Source of the DNA: an uncultured delta proteobacterium
Lineage (GTDB): Bacteria; Myxococcota; Myxococcia; Myxococcales; Myxococcaceae
Assembly (NCBI GenBank): GCA_963796055.1
Contig: CAWCKH010000003.1
Location: 544,001-608,000 of the forward strand
Direction: 5' to 3'
DNA length: 64,000 nt
A program made the position numbers and the translations under genes. The notes below the pieces were generated by a model, which did no database searches, was not told where the DNA came from, and saw nothing but the letters and a program-made list of their open reading frames with translations. This document shows, one piece after another, positions 36,500 to 47,247 of this stretch. The first letter of the stretch is position 1, and every line of letters begins with the position of its first letter.

Positions 36500-38205
36500 G
36501 CCGCCGCCTGGACCGGCGCCACTACGCCGACCTCTACGGACCCACCACCGGGGACCGGGTCCGGCTGGGCGACACCGCGCTGGTGGCGGAGGTGGAGCGC
36601 GACCTCACGACCTACGGCGAGGAGTGCAAGTTCGGCGGCGGGAAGGTGCTGCGCGACGGGCAGGGCCAGAAGGCAGGCGCCCTGGACCGCGACGCGCTCG
36701 ACGTGGTCCTCACCAACGCGCTGATCGTCGATCACAGCGGCATCTACAAGGCAGACGTGGGGATCAAGGATGGTCGCATCACCGGCATCGGCAAGGCGGG
36801 GAACCCGGACGTCATGGCCGGGGTGACGCCGGGGATGGTGGTGGGGGTGACCACCGAGGCCATCGCCGCGGAGGGCCTCCTCCTGACCGCGGGGGGCATC
36901 GACAGCCACATCCACTTCATCAGTCCGCAGCAGGCCGACGAGGCGCTGGCCAGCGGCATCACCTCGTGGATCGGCGGCGGCACCGGCCCGGCGACGGGGA
37001 CCAACGCCACCACCTGCACGCCCGGAATCTGGAACACGGCGCGGATGCTGGAGGCGGTGGACGACATCCCGCTCAACATCGGCTTCACCGGCAAGGGGAA
37101 CACCTCGCGCCCCGAGGGGCTGCTCGATCAGCTCCGCGCCGGGGCCATCGGCCTCAAGCTGCACGAGGACTGGGGGACCACGCCCGCAACCATCGACACC
37201 TGCCTCACCCTCGCCGAGGCCGAGGACGTGCAGGTCACCATCCACACCGACACCCTGAACGAGTCGGGCTTCGTCGACGATTCCATCGCTGCCTTCGGCG
37301 GCCGGACCATCCACACCTATCACTCGGAGGGTGCCGGCGGCGGGCATGCCCCGGACATCCTCCGGGTCTGCGGCGTGCCGCACGTGCTGCCGTCGTCGAC
37401 CAACCCCACCCGTCCCTTCACGGTGAACACCCTCGACGAGCACCTGGACATGCTCATGGTCTGCCACCACCTGGATCGGGAGATCCCCGAGGACGTGGCG
37501 TTCGCCGAGAGCCGCATCCGGGCCGAGACCATCGCCGCCGAGGACATCCTCCACGACCTGGGGGCGATCAGCATGATGTCCAGCGACAGCCAGGCCATGG
37601 GGCGGGTGGGCGAGGTGATCACCCGGACCTGGCAGACCGCCCACAAGATGCGGGAGCAGCGGGGGCGCCTCCCCGAGGAGCGGGGGGACAACGACAACCT
37701 CCGCATCCGCCGCTACGTCGCGAAGTACACCGTCAACCCGGCCATCGCCCACGGCTTCGCCCACGAGACCGGCTCGGTGGAGGTGGGCAAGCTCGCCGAT
37801 CTCGTCCTGTGGAAACCCGGCTTTTTTGGGATCAAGCCCGAGCTGGTCCTCAAGGGTGGCTTCATCGCCTGGGCGCAGATGGGGGACGCCAACGCCTCCA
37901 TCCCCACGCCCCAGCCGCTGATCATGCGGCCGATGTTCGGCGCCCGGGCGCCGGGGGCGATCAGCCTCGCTCTGGTCTCCGGGCGGGCGCTGGCCGAGGG
38001 AACGGTGGCGAGGCTCGGGCTCGGCAAGCGGCTCAGTGCAGTGCGCGGATGCCGCGGCCTCGGAAAGCGGCACATGAAGCTCAACGACGCCCTGCCCGCG
38101 CTGGAGGTCGACCCCGAGACCTACCAGGTGCGTGCCGACGGCGTGCTGCTCCGCTGCGAGCCGGCGCGGTCGCTGCCCCTCGCCCAGAGGTATTCGCTGT
38201 TCTAG
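36496..38205 (+). CDS. ureC: Urease alpha (catalytic) subunit
   Basis: [26 protein letters not shown] and [12 protein letters not shown]. Confidence 0.98.
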   Translation: MSRRLDRRHYADLYGPTTGDRVRLGDTALVAEVERDLTTYGEECKFGGGKVLRDGQGQKAGALDRDALDVVLTNALIVDHSGIYKADVGIKDGRITGIGKAGNPDVMAGVTPGMVVGVTTEAIAAEGLLLTAGGIDSHIHFISPQQADEALASGITSWIGGGTGPATGTNATTCTPGIWNTARMLEAVDDIPLNIGFTGKGNTSRPEGLLDQLRAGAIGLKLHEDWGTTPATIDTCLTLAEAEDVQVTIHTDTLNESGFVDDSIAAFGGRTIHTYHSEGAGGGHAPDILRVCGVPHVLPSSTNPTRPFTVNTLDEHLDMLMVCHHLDREIPEDVAFAESRIRAETIAAEDILHDLGAISMMSSDSQAMGRVGEVITRTWQTAHKMREQRGRLPEERGDNDNLRIRRYVAKYTVNPAIAHGFAHETGSVEVGKLADLVLWKPGFFGIKPELVLKGGFIAWAQMGDANASIPTPQPLIMRPMFGARAPGAISLALVSGRALAEGTVARLGLGKRLSAVRGCRGLGKRHMKLNDALPALEVDPETYQVRADGVLLRCEPARSLPLAQRYSLF

Positions 38206-38210
38206 CGCCC

Positions 38211-38846
38211 ATGAGGACCTGGCGACTTCTCCAGCTGGCCGATACGGCGTTCCCCACCGGCGGCTTCGCCCACTCGGGGGGACTCGAGGCGGCGGCACAG
38301 GCGGGCGAGGTCTCCGATCTGGCGGCGTTCACCCGGGGCACGCTCTGGCAGGCCGGGTTCGGCGCGCTTCCCCTCCTCCGGGACGCCTGGGACGACCCGG
38401 GTGCGCTGGCCCGGCTCGATGCCCGGGCGGACGTCTTCCTCGCCAACCACGTCGCCAACCGGGCGAGCCGGACCCAGGGCGGCGCGTTCTTCTCCACCTG
38501 CGCGCGCGTCTTCCCCGCCGAGGCGCCCCGGCTGCCCGAGGGCCTGGGCATGCACCTCGCGCCGCTCTGGGGCGCGGTGTTCCGCGCGCTGGGGATGTCG
38601 CTCGACGAGGCGCGGTCGCTGTTCCTGTGGAGCGCTGCCCGGGGCGTTCTCTCCGCCGGCGTCCGGCTGGGTTTGGCCGGGACGTACGAGGCGCAGCGGA
38701 TGCTGGTGGATCTCGCCCCCACGCTGGACGCGGTGGCCGCTCGCTGCGGCGCGCTCGGCGCCGAGGACCTGGCCCAGCCAGCGCCGCTGCTGGATCTCCT
38801 GCTCGGCACCCACGATCGTCTCCACTCCCGGCTGTTCCAGTCCTGA
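38211..38846 (+). CDS. ureF: Urease accessory protein UreF
   Basis: LQLADTAFPTGGFAHSGGLEAA and terminal HSRLFQS. Confidence 0.93.
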   Translation: MRTWRLLQLADTAFPTGGFAHSGGLEAAAQAGEVSDLAAFTRGTLWQAGFGALPLLRDAWDDPGALARLDARADVFLANHVANRASRTQGGAFFSTCARVFPAEAPRLPEGLGMHLAPLWGAVFRALGMSLDEARSLFLWSAARGVLSAGVRLGLAGTYEAQRMLVDLAPTLDAVAARCGALGAEDLAQPAPLLDLLLGTHDRLHSRLFQS

Positions 38847-38858
38847 AGGAGTCCCCGG

Positions 38859-39545
38859 ATGGGCCACGAAGGCGACCACACCCACGCCGACCACCCGGGC
38901 CACTACCACCAGCGCGAGCGCCCGATGCGGCGCGACACCCGCGACCGGGCCTTCACCGTCGGCGTCGGCGGCCCGGTGGGGAGCGGAAAGACGGCCCTGG
39001 TGCTCGCCCTGTGCCGGCTGCTCCGGGACCGGCTCAGCCTGGGGGTGGTGACCAACGACATCTTCACCCGGGAGGACGCCGAGTTCCTGGTCCGCAACGA
39101 GGCGCTCCCCACCGAGCGCATCCGGGCGGTGGAGACCGGGGGCTGTCCCCACGCCGCCATCCGCGAGGACATCAGCCACAACCTCCTGTCGCTGGAGCGG
39201 CTGATGAAGGAGGTGCGGCCCGCGCCCGAGCTGCTCTTCGTCGAGAGCGGCGGCGACAACCTGGCGGCGCAGTACAGCCGCGAGCTGGCGGATTTCACCA
39301 TCTACGTCATCGACGTCGCCGGTGGAGACAAGGTGCCGCGCAAGGGCGGCCCGGGCATCACCCAGTCGGATCTCCTGGTGATCAACAAGACCGACCTCGC
39401 GCCGCACGTGGGCGCAGATCTGGAGGTGATGGACCGTGACGCGAGGAGGATGCGCGGCGCCGGCCCCACCGTGTTCGCCCAGGTGACCCACGGGGTGGGC
39501 GTGGAGGAGATCGCCGCCCACGTGCTCCGCGCCTCCGGGCGCTGA
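38859..39545 (+). CDS. ureG: Urease accessory GTPase UreG with His-rich N-terminus
   Basis: [23 protein letters not shown] and NKTD. Confidence 0.97.
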   Translation: MGHEGDHTHADHPGHYHQRERPMRRDTRDRAFTVGVGGPVGSGKTALVLALCRLLRDRLSLGVVTNDIFTREDAEFLVRNEALPTERIRAVETGGCPHAAIREDISHNLLSLERLMKEVRPAPELLFVESGGDNLAAQYSRELADFTIYVIDVAGGDKVPRKGGPGITQSDLLVINKTDLAPHVGADLEVMDRDARRMRGAGPTVFAQVTHGVGVEEIAAHVLRASGR

Positions 39546-39595
39546 CCAGGGCGGGACACGAGCTGCCGCATGGCTCCGGCCGAGGGGCTTGGCTT

Positions 39596-40378
39596 ACAGT
39601 CCGGCGGGCCTATGCCGAGCTCGCCCGGCTGGGCCTGGTGGTGACCCGCACCCCGGCAGGGACGGAGGTCATCCGCAACGGCTTCCATGAGCGGAAGCCG
39701 TCCGGAGTCGAGGCCCGCCGCCAGTTTGTCGACCGGGTGCTCCAGGAGGCCAGGCTGGAGCACGGCCTGGACGTGGAGGCGCTGATCGGCCTGCTGCGCG
39801 GATCCCGGACACACCGGACGCCGCCCGAGGTCTCGGTGGTGGAGTGCAGCGCGACCCAGAGCACTGATCTCGCCGAACAGCTCTCACGGCGGTGGCGGGT
39901 GAAGGCCCGCGGATGGGTCCTCGACCGGGGGGAGCCGCCCGCCGGCCCGGTCGTCGGGACGTACTTCCACTACAACGACATCCGCCTGCGCTGGCCACAG
40001 AGACTGCCCCAGATCCATTTCCTTCCGATCGTCCCCGAGGCCAGCCTCGCCGGAACGCTGTCCGGTGCGCGGCGGCGCTCCGGGAAGCTGACGGTCCAGC
40101 TCTGTGAGCACGACGCAGCGATGGCCGGGAACATCGCCGCGGACCTGGTGCGAATCCTTTCCCCGGATCGGTTCCGCGTGACCACCCGCGTGGTCCCCCG
40201 GGCCGAGGAGGCGTTGGAGGGTCCCGCCTCCGCCGGCCCGCTCCTGCTCTCGCCCAGGATGTGGGGTGAGCTCCCCACCAGGCTGCGCGAGGACCCCCGG
40301 GTGCATCAGGTCCGCTACATCTTCGATGCCGAGGCGCTCGATGCGCTGGGGCGGGCCCAGCAATGGGAGGCCGCATGA
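39596..40378 (+). pseudogene. GntR-family regulator lacking the N-terminal half of its wHTH
   Basis: In frame upstream of ORF 39638: TVRRAYAELARLGLVVTRTPAGTEV (GntR recognition helix and wing), with no start codon or first helices before it. Confidence 0.6.
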
Positions 40379-42981
40379 GGCAGATCGCGCGCAAGGGGGG
40401 GTTCCTGCTGGCCGCCGTACTCCTCGCCGGAGCCAGTCGACCGGCCAGCGCCGCCGTGCCGGACCGTGCCTCCGTCGAGCAGCTCCTGGCGAAGATGCAG
40501 TCCGCCATCGTCGCGCGAGACCTCGACGGCTTGCTCGGCGCGTACGACCCGGGGGACCAGGCGCTGGTCGCCCGGGTGCGCGGCGAGGCGCAGGGATGGT
40601 TCGCTCTGGAGGGCGCACGGGTCGCCTACCAGCTGGGTTTGCTCACGCCGGCCCAGGAGAGCCTCGAGGCGGTGGTGCTGCGGGAGATCCGCTGGCGCGA
40701 GCACGGCCGCGACCAGATCGAGGCGAAGTGGGAGACGGTCCAGCTCCGTCAGCTGGCGACCAGATGGAGGATCACCACCGAGGCTGAGCGGACCTTCGCC
40801 CGGGCGACCAGCACCGATCTGCGCGTGGAGCTCCACCCGGAGGACGGAACCATACGGGGCTCCTCGAAGCTCGAGGTGGAGGTGATCGCCCCCGGGGAGG
40901 ATTCCCTGATTCTGGTATTGAACCGTGGCCTGGCGGTGAAGTCGATCCGGGACGGCGGCGGGCGCACGGTCCGCTTCTCGCGCGAGGCGGATGCGATCTC
41001 CGTTCCCCAGCAGCGTTCGCTCCGGTCGGGAGAGCGACGGACCTTCGCCATCGAGTTCGCCGGGACGTTCTTCAACGAGAGCAAGGAGCAGGGCTACTCG
41101 CAGGTGAGCATCGCGCCGGCGGGCTCCTTCGCCAGCTGGGTCACCGAGTGGTACCCGAGGGTGCAGGGCAGCGGATCGAAGTCACCGGGCCGCATCACCT
41201 TCGACGTGCCGGAGGGTGTGACCGTCGCCAGCAGCGGTCGCCTCACCGAGACCCGGAGCGTCGGGGCCCGTTCGCGCCAGGTGTTCTCCGTCGACCGGCC
41301 ACTGGACTTCTCCTTCGCCGTGGCCCGCTACTTTCACCGGGAGAAGACCGTCGGGGGCGTGCGCCTGGGGATCTACCTCCTCCGCGGTGGGGAGCCGAAG
41401 GCCGAGCTCTACCTGCGAGAGGCCACCCGGATCCTGGAGATCGAGCAGTCCCTGTACGGCCCCTACCCCTTCGATGGATACGCGGTCGTGGAGATCCCCT
41501 CGGACGTGACCGGCGGGCTCGGGGGCTCCAGCGAGCAGGGAATGAACCTGTTTCCGGTCGGCGTCCTCCCCGAGACGGGGTTCCCGCTCCTCCTGGTGGC
41601 CCACGAGATGGGGCACAGCTGGTGGGGCAATCTCGTCGGCTCCACCGGCGGACCGATCGTCGACGAGGGCCTGGCGCAGATGTCGGCGGTCCTCTGTCTC
41701 CTGGAGCTCCAGGGCGAGAGGGCGGTGCGGAGCTTTCTGAAGAACGGCGTCCCGGGCTACGCGCAGTCCGCGACGCAGTACTTCCTGCGCTTCGCTGGCC
41801 CTGGCGGGAAGGACTATCCCCTCAGCGCCACGGCCCAGGGCTCGGACGCAGCCGGCGCGATGCACGACATCGCCGACACCAAGGGGATGTTCGTCTACGA
41901 GATGCTGCGCGAGCGGATCGGCCACGCTGCCTTCGTCGGCGGGCTCAGGTCGGTGGTGGAGAGCTTCGCCGGAAAGAACGTCTCGCTCGGCGATCTCCGC
42001 GTGGCCTGGGAGCGCACCAGCGGCCAAGACCTGTCGCAGTTCTGGGGTCAGTGGATGGACCGGACGGGAGCGCCCGACCTCGGGCTGGAGTGGACCGCGA
42101 GGAGTGAAGGCCGGGGCTTCGTGGTCTCCGGAGCCATCTCCCAGCAGGGAACGCCCTACGACGTCACCGCCGAGGTCGCCCTCGCCTACCCGGGCCGCCA
42201 CGACACGAAGACGGTGTCGGTGTCGGGACCCTCCACGGCGTTTTCCTTCACCACCCAGCAGAAGCCGCAGTGGGTGGTGCTCGACTCCGACTACAAGATC
42301 CTCCGCTGGACGCCCGCCTTCCGGAACGCCCGGCTACTCGTCGACGGCATCGGACTGTCGAGCATGGGCCGGAGCCAGGAGGCCATCGCCAAGCTCTCCG
42401 ACTACCTCGGCAAGGTCCCGGAGAGCCTCGAGGGCAGGTACCAGCTCGGAGTCGCTGCCCAGGACGCGGGAAGGGTCGGCGATGCCGAGCGCGCGTTCCG
42501 TGAGGTGCTGGATCGATACGCCAGCCTTGGCGTGTACGAGCCGGCGGTGACCCAGAGCGCGGCCCACCTGGGACAGGTGCTCGACCTGGCGGGTCGCCGA
42601 GACGAGGCGCTCGCCGCCTACCGCCGCGCCCTCGACCTTCCGGCGCAGGGCTCTGCCCACGAAGAGGCCAGAGCGGGGCTGGCAGCACCGTTCAAGCGAA
42701 CGGAGAGGCCGCCCCCCCCCAGCCGGGAGCTCCTGGCCCGCTTCGCCGGAACGTACGACGGAGGGCAAGGGATCGCGTTCCGCGTCGGACTGGACGAGAA
42801 CGGCGTGCTCACCGTCTCGCAGAAGGGGAGGCCCACCGCTCCCCTGCTCTGGGTCGAGGGCAGCAAGTTCCGGGTCCCGGGAGCGACCGCGATCGTGCTC
42901 GAGTTCAAGGGCGGCGCGGAGGTGAGCAGCGTCGACGTGGACGCGGGCGGACTGCAGCTTCATCTGCCGAAGACGAAGTGA
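40375..42981 (+). CDS. Secreted M1-family metallo-aminopeptidase with TPRs
   Basis: Signal peptide; HEMGHSWWGN...DEGLA (HEXXH plus downstream E); KGMFVYEMLRERIG; TPR-like helices. Confidence 0.88.
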   Translation: MRQIARKGGFLLAAVLLAGASRPASAAVPDRASVEQLLAKMQSAIVARDLDGLLGAYDPGDQALVARVRGEAQGWFALEGARVAYQLGLLTPAQESLEAVVLREIRWREHGRDQIEAKWETVQLRQLATRWRITTEAERTFARATSTDLRVELHPEDGTIRGSSKLEVEVIAPGEDSLILVLNRGLAVKSIRDGGGRTVRFSREADAISVPQQRSLRSGERRTFAIEFAGTFFNESKEQGYSQVSIAPAGSFASWVTEWYPRVQGSGSKSPGRITFDVPEGVTVASSGRLTETRSVGARSRQVFSVDRPLDFSFAVARYFHREKTVGGVRLGIYLLRGGEPKAELYLREATRILEIEQSLYGPYPFDGYAVVEIPSDVTGGLGGSSEQGMNLFPVGVLPETGFPLLLVAHEMGHSWWGNLVGSTGGPIVDEGLAQMSAVLCLLELQGERAVRSFLKNGVPGYAQSATQYFLRFAGPGGKDYPLSATAQGSDAAGAMHDIADTKGMFVYEMLRERIGHAAFVGGLRSVVESFAGKNVSLGDLRVAWERTSGQDLSQFWGQWMDRTGAPDLGLEWTARSEGRGFVVSGAISQQGTPYDVTAEVALAYPGRHDTKTVSVSGPSTAFSFTTQQKPQWVVLDSDYKILRWTPAFRNARLLVDGIGLSSMGRSQEAIAKLSDYLGKVPESLEGRYQLGVAAQDAGRVGDAERAFREVLDRYASLGVYEPAVTQSAAHLGQVLDLAGRRDEALAAYRRALDLPAQGSAHEEARAGLAAPFKRTERPPPPSRELLARFAGTYDGGQGIAFRVGLDENGVLTVSQKGRPTAPLLWVEGSKFRVPGATAIVLEFKGGAEVSSVDVDAGGLQLHLPKTK

Positions 42982-43005
42982 GTCGGGACCGGCAACCCCG
43001 GGGGC

Positions 43006-44595
43006 TCAGCGCGTCCCGGTCCGGCGTCGTGCCGGCTTGACCGCCGTGCCGCCACGGAAGCGCGCCACCTCGATCTCGTACTTGCGGACCTTGTAGCCGA
43101 TGATCCGCTCGGTGGTGCCGAGCAGCCGCGCCGCCTTGGCCCGGTTGCCACGGGCGCTCTTCAGCGCGTCGAGGATGAGGTCCTTCTCGTACTGCTCGAT
43201 GGCGTCGGAGAGCGAGGCCTGCACCGCGGTTCCGGACGCCTCCGCGGTCTGGAGCGTGGGCGGCAGGTCGTGCCCGTGGATGACCTGCCCGTCGCAGGTC
43301 AGCACCGCCCGCTCGATGATGTTCTCCAGCTCGCGGACGTTGCCCGGCCAGTGGTAGCTCATCAACATGTCGATGGCCGGGGTGGCGATGCGCTTGATCC
43401 GCTTGTTGTGCCGGCGCGCGTACTTCATGAGGAAGTGATCGGCCAGGAGCATCACGTCCGGCTTCCGGTCGCGCAGCGGCGGGACGAAGATGGAGAAGAC
43501 GTTGAGCCGGTAATAGAGATCCTCGCGGAAGTGCTTCTCCGCCATGGCCGCCTCGAGGTCGCGGTTGGTGGCGGCGACGAGGCGGATGTCGGCCTTGATG
43601 GTCTCGGTCCCGCCCAGCCGCTCGAACTCGCCTTCCTGGAGCACGCGGAGCAGCTTCACCTGCGTGGAGAGGTTGAGCTCGCCCACCTCGTCCAGGAACA
43701 GCGTCCCGCCGTGGGCCAGCTCGAACCGGCCGCGCTTCCGGGCCTGCGCGCCGGTGAACGCCCCCTTCTCGTAGCCGAACAGCTCCGACTCGATCAGCGT
43801 TTCCGGCAGCGCGGCGCAGCTCACCTTCACGAACGGTTTCGAGGCCCGCGGCGAGTTGTAGTGGATGGCGTGGGCGATGAGCTCCTTGCCCGTGCCCGAC
43901 TCGCCGCGGATGAGCACGGTGGTGGTGGTCTGGGCCACCTGGGCGATCTGCTCGTAGACCTGCCGCATCGGTCCGCTGGTGCCGATGATGTTCGACAGGT
44001 CGTACCGCTCCTCCAGCTCGGAGCGAAGGTTCTTGTTCTCCGCCAGCAACCGGCTGCGCTCGTCCTCGATGGCTCGCTGCGCCCGGAGGGCCTGGGCCAT
44101 CATCGCCGCCACCACCCCCAGGAACTGCATCTCGGACTGGAAGTCGCGCCCCGGCTGGAACGGCACGTCCACCACCAGGACCCCCGCCGGCTGCCGGTCG
44201 AAGGCGATGGGGACACAGAGGACGCTCACCTCGGGCGCCCCGGCCCGGCGGCGCTGGAAGGCACGGTTCAGGAGCAGCGGCTCCCGGGCACTCGCCGGCA
44301 CCACCACCGGTCGCCCGGACTGCAGAACGCGGCCGATGATTCCCTCTCCCGGCCGGTAGCGTGCCCCGAGCCCCTCCTCGGAGATGCCCACCGCCGCATC
44401 CACTTGAAGCACGCCCGATTCCTCGTGGAAGAGGAACACCGCGCCCCGGACGATGCCCAGGGCCTCCTCCAGCAGCTCGAGCGCGCGCTCCAGGGCAGGC
44501 CGGATCTCGGCCGCGCGGGCGAGGGCCCGACCGATGTCGGCGAGCACGGCGAGCGCGCGTTGATCCTCCCGTGCAAGATGGGCGCGCCTGGGCAC
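43006..44595 (-). CDS. NifA-like sigma-54 enhancer-binding protein (GAF-AAA+-HTH)
   Basis: GAF domain, GESGTGKE, ESELFGYEKGAFTGA, WPGNVRELEN and C-terminal Fis-type HTH. Confidence 0.93.
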   Translation of the reverse strand: MPRRAHLAREDQRALAVLADIGRALARAAEIRPALERALELLEEALGIVRGAVFLFHEESGVLQVDAAVGISEEGLGARYRPGEGIIGRVLQSGRPVVVPASAREPLLLNRAFQRRRAGAPEVSVLCVPIAFDRQPAGVLVVDVPFQPGRDFQSEMQFLGVVAAMMAQALRAQRAIEDERSRLLAENKNLRSELEERYDLSNIIGTSGPMRQVYEQIAQVAQTTTTVLIRGESGTGKELIAHAIHYNSPRASKPFVKVSCAALPETLIESELFGYEKGAFTGAQARKRGRFELAHGGTLFLDEVGELNLSTQVKLLRVLQEGEFERLGGTETIKADIRLVAATNRDLEAAMAEKHFREDLYYRLNVFSIFVPPLRDRKPDVMLLADHFLMKYARRHNKRIKRIATPAIDMLMSYHWPGNVRELENIIERAVLTCDGQVIHGHDLPPTLQTAEASGTAVQASLSDAIEQYEKDLILDALKSARGNRAKAARLLGTTERIIGYKVRKYEIEVARFRGGTAVKPARRRTGTR

Positions 44596-44638
44596 GAAGG
44601 GTCAGCGTGCCAGGTACGGGACGGCGACAGCAACCGCT

Positions 44639-45685
44639 TCAGGTCCAGCGGAAGAGCCGCAAGGCCAGGGCGAAGCTTCCCACCCCCCAGACGAGCAGGA
44701 CCAGGGCCGGGAGGACCAGGGCGGACAGCCCGGCGCCGTCGATGGAGATGGCCCGGAGCCCGTCGATCAGGGCGGTGAGCGGCAGAGCCCCGAGGACGGG
44801 CTGGAGCCATCCCGGGAAGTGGCTGGAGGAGAAGAACACCCCCGAGACCACCGTCATCGGGAGGGTGACCAGGTTCATGAGCCCGCTGGCGGTCTCGGAG
44901 TTCTGTGCCCGGCTCGCCACCAGGGCCGACAGGCCACCGAACGTGAGCGCGCCGAGGAGGCCCCAGACGACGAAGGTCACCGGATTTCCTGCCACCCGGA
45001 CGTCGAAGAGCAGCCGGGCAAATCCCAGGAAGAAGAGCACCTCCAGCACCGCGAGGAGGAGCCGCCCCGCGGTGAAGGCGAGCAGGAAGTCCAGCTTGCG
45101 CATCGGCGTGGCGGCGAGGCGGCGGAGGAGCTTCCCCATCCGCATCTGGACGATGGCCCATCCCAGGCCCCAGATGCTCGAGGACATCAGCCCGAACCCG
45201 AGCAGCCCGGGAACCAGGAAGTCGATGTACCGGGTGCCGGGCACCGTGACCTGCTCCTCGGTGAGGGTCAGCGGGTCGGCCCGCCCTGCGGCGCGCTGGA
45301 GCGCATCCACCGCCAGGAGCCGTGCCGAGCGGGCGTCGGGCTGAGTCGGGTCGAGGAGCAGCCGTGGGCTGGGGCCGGGGACGACCACCAGCGCGACCTT
45401 CCCCCGCCGGAGGGCCTGGCGCGCGTCCTCCAGGGTCATCTCGGTCACGCCGAGCCCCTCGCTCGCCCCGAGCGCGGCGATCACCGCCGCTCGCCCCGGA
45501 CCGTCGGCCACCGCCACCGAGAGCCGTGTCCCGGCCTGGTTCCGGAAGGCGAGCCCGAGCGCCACCGACATGAGCAGCGGGAAGCCGAAGACCCAGAAGG
45601 TCGCCGACGGCTCGCGGGTGAAGCCGCGCAGCCGCATGAGCAGCAGCTGCCAGAAGGGGTTGAGCCAGCCGCCCGCGCCCCTCAT
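44639..45685 (-). CDS. ABC-2 type exporter permease
   Basis: REPSATFWVFGFPLL, RYIDFLVPGLLG, LRRLAATPM and LPLTALIDGLR. Confidence 0.9.
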   Translation of the reverse strand: MRGAGGWLNPFWQLLLMRLRGFTREPSATFWVFGFPLLMSVALGLAFRNQAGTRLSVAVADGPGRAAVIAALGASEGLGVTEMTLEDARQALRRGKVALVVVPGPSPRLLLDPTQPDARSARLLAVDALQRAAGRADPLTLTEEQVTVPGTRYIDFLVPGLLGFGLMSSSIWGLGWAIVQMRMGKLLRRLAATPMRKLDFLLAFTAGRLLLAVLEVLFFLGFARLLFDVRVAGNPVTFVVWGLLGALTFGGLSALVASRAQNSETASGLMNLVTLPMTVVSGVFFSSSHFPGWLQPVLGALPLTALIDGLRAISIDGAGLSALVLPALVLLVWGVGSFALALRLFRWT

Positions 45686-46614
45686 CCCTCCTCCGCCTCG
45701 GCGATGGTGCGCCCGGTGAGCGCGAGGAAGACGTCGTCCAGCGTGGCGGCCCGGGTGGAGAGGCGGACCAGCGCGCTCCGGTGCTCGTCCGCGAGCCGGA
45801 GGAGCCCGGGCACGGCCTCGTGCAGCGCCTGGACGGAGAGCGACACCATCTCCCCCCGCTGCCGGCGGCCGCTGAATCCGGGCACCCGCTCGAGGGCCTG
45901 GGGCGGGATGGGCGGCTCGGCCACGAACTCGACCAGCTGCTCGCCCCCCAGCGAATGCACCAGCGCCTCGGGGCTGCCCCGGGCGACCACCTTCCCGTGG
46001 TCGACGATGACGATGTCGTCGCAGAGGACGGCTGCCTCCTCCATGTAGTGCGTGGTCAGCACCACGGTGCGGCCGCGGCCCTTCAGCCCCTCGATGATGG
46101 TCCACAGGCCCCGGCGGCTCACCGGGTCCAGGCCGGTGGTCGGCTCGTCGAGGAAGAGCAGCTCTGGGTCACCGACCAGCCCCACCGCGAGCGCCAGCCG
46201 CTGCTTCTGCCCCCCGGAGAGGGTCCCCACCCGGGCGCCCCGCTTCTCCTCCAGGTCCACGTGGCCGAGCGCCACCTCCACCGCCGGGCCGCGCGGGTAG
46301 AAGCTCCGGAACAGGGTCAGCGTCTCCTCCACGGTGAGCTTCTCGTGGAAGCGCGTCTCCTGAAGGGTGACCCCGATCCGCGAGCGGATGCCCTCCGGAT
46401 CCTCGGCCCAGGTGCGGCCCAGGACCCGGACCGTGCCCGAGGTGGACGGCTGGAGGCCCTCGAGGATCTCCACGGTGGTGGTCTTCCCCGCCCCGTTCGG
46501 CCCGAGCAGCCCCAGACAGGTCCCTTCGGGGACGGTGAGATCGAGACCGTCCACGGCGACCAGGTCGCCGAAGCGCTTCACCAGCCGCTCCACCTCGATT
46601 GCCAGGGCTGCCAT
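45682..46614 (-). CDS. ABC exporter ATP-binding protein
   Basis: GPNGAGKTT, LSGGQKQRL, LDEPTTGLDP and TTHYMEEA. Confidence 0.95.
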   Translation of the reverse strand: MAALAIEVERLVKRFGDLVAVDGLDLTVPEGTCLGLLGPNGAGKTTTVEILEGLQPSTSGTVRVLGRTWAEDPEGIRSRIGVTLQETRFHEKLTVEETLTLFRSFYPRGPAVEVALGHVDLEEKRGARVGTLSGGQKQRLALAVGLVGDPELLFLDEPTTGLDPVSRRGLWTIIEGLKGRGRTVVLTTHYMEEAAVLCDDIVIVDHGKVVARGSPEALVHSLGGEQLVEFVAEPPIPPQALERVPGFSGRRQRGEMVSLSVQALHEAVPGLLRLADEHRSALVRLSTRAATLDDVFLALTGRTIAEAEEG

Positions 46615-46926
46615 GGAGACGGCGCCTGTTACTCAACGCGGCCCGCAAGGGGCAAGGCCGGGATCGCCGATGGGCGAACGCCACCGGCTGGTCCGGACGC
46701 TCTGCAGCCGCCTCGGGAGTCTCGGCGGAGAACCGGGCGGACGGCTCGCTCGCGTTCTCGGTGCACGCCTCGCACGATCGGCCTGCGCCTGCACCCCGCG
46801 CCCCGAAGGTGCAGAATCTGCGCGCCGGCAGCGGCTCCCGCATCCGGTGCGGGGGCCTGAGCGCCGACCACGATGGCCGCCCTCTCGGTTTGCAAGGGTC
46901 CGGCCATTGCACGCTCGAAGGCCTGC

Positions 46927-47247
46927 ATGGGCGCAGATCTCGGTCGTCTCCTCGATGCGGAGCAGACCTTCGCTGCGCGGGTCGACACCGCGCGGCGTGA
47001 GGCGCGTGCGGTCGTCGAGGCCGCTCGCCGCGACGCCGAGGCGCTGGCCGGCGACTCCACCACGCGGCTCGCGCAGGCCCGCGAGGCGCTCGCCGCGGAC
47101 GAGGAACGCACCCTGGCCGCGGAGCTGGCCAGCCTCGAGGCGGAGACCCGGGCCCGCATCGAGCGGCTCGCGGGCGTCGACCAGGCACGGGTGGCGGAGC
47201 TCGCGGACGCCGTTCTTCGCGCGCTGCTCTCGGGAGGCCTCGGGTGA
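46927..47247 (+). CDS. V/A-type ATP synthase subunit G/H (peripheral stalk)
   Basis: Ala/Glu/Arg coiled coil in first position of the operon; overlaps subunit I. Confidence 0.7.
   Translation: MGADLGRLLDAEQTFAARVDTARREARAVVEAARRDAEALAGDSTTRLAQAREALAADEERTLAAELASLEAETRARIERLAGVDQARVAELADAVLRALLSGGLG

Noticed and set aside
43006..44595. Calling this gene nifA and inferring nitrogen fixation
   Set aside because: No nif structural genes in the window; domain architecture alone is insufficient
46896..46911. Sigma-54-like GG-N10-GC before the V-ATPase operon
   Set aside because: Lacks TGGC and would leave an implausibly short leader before ATG 46927
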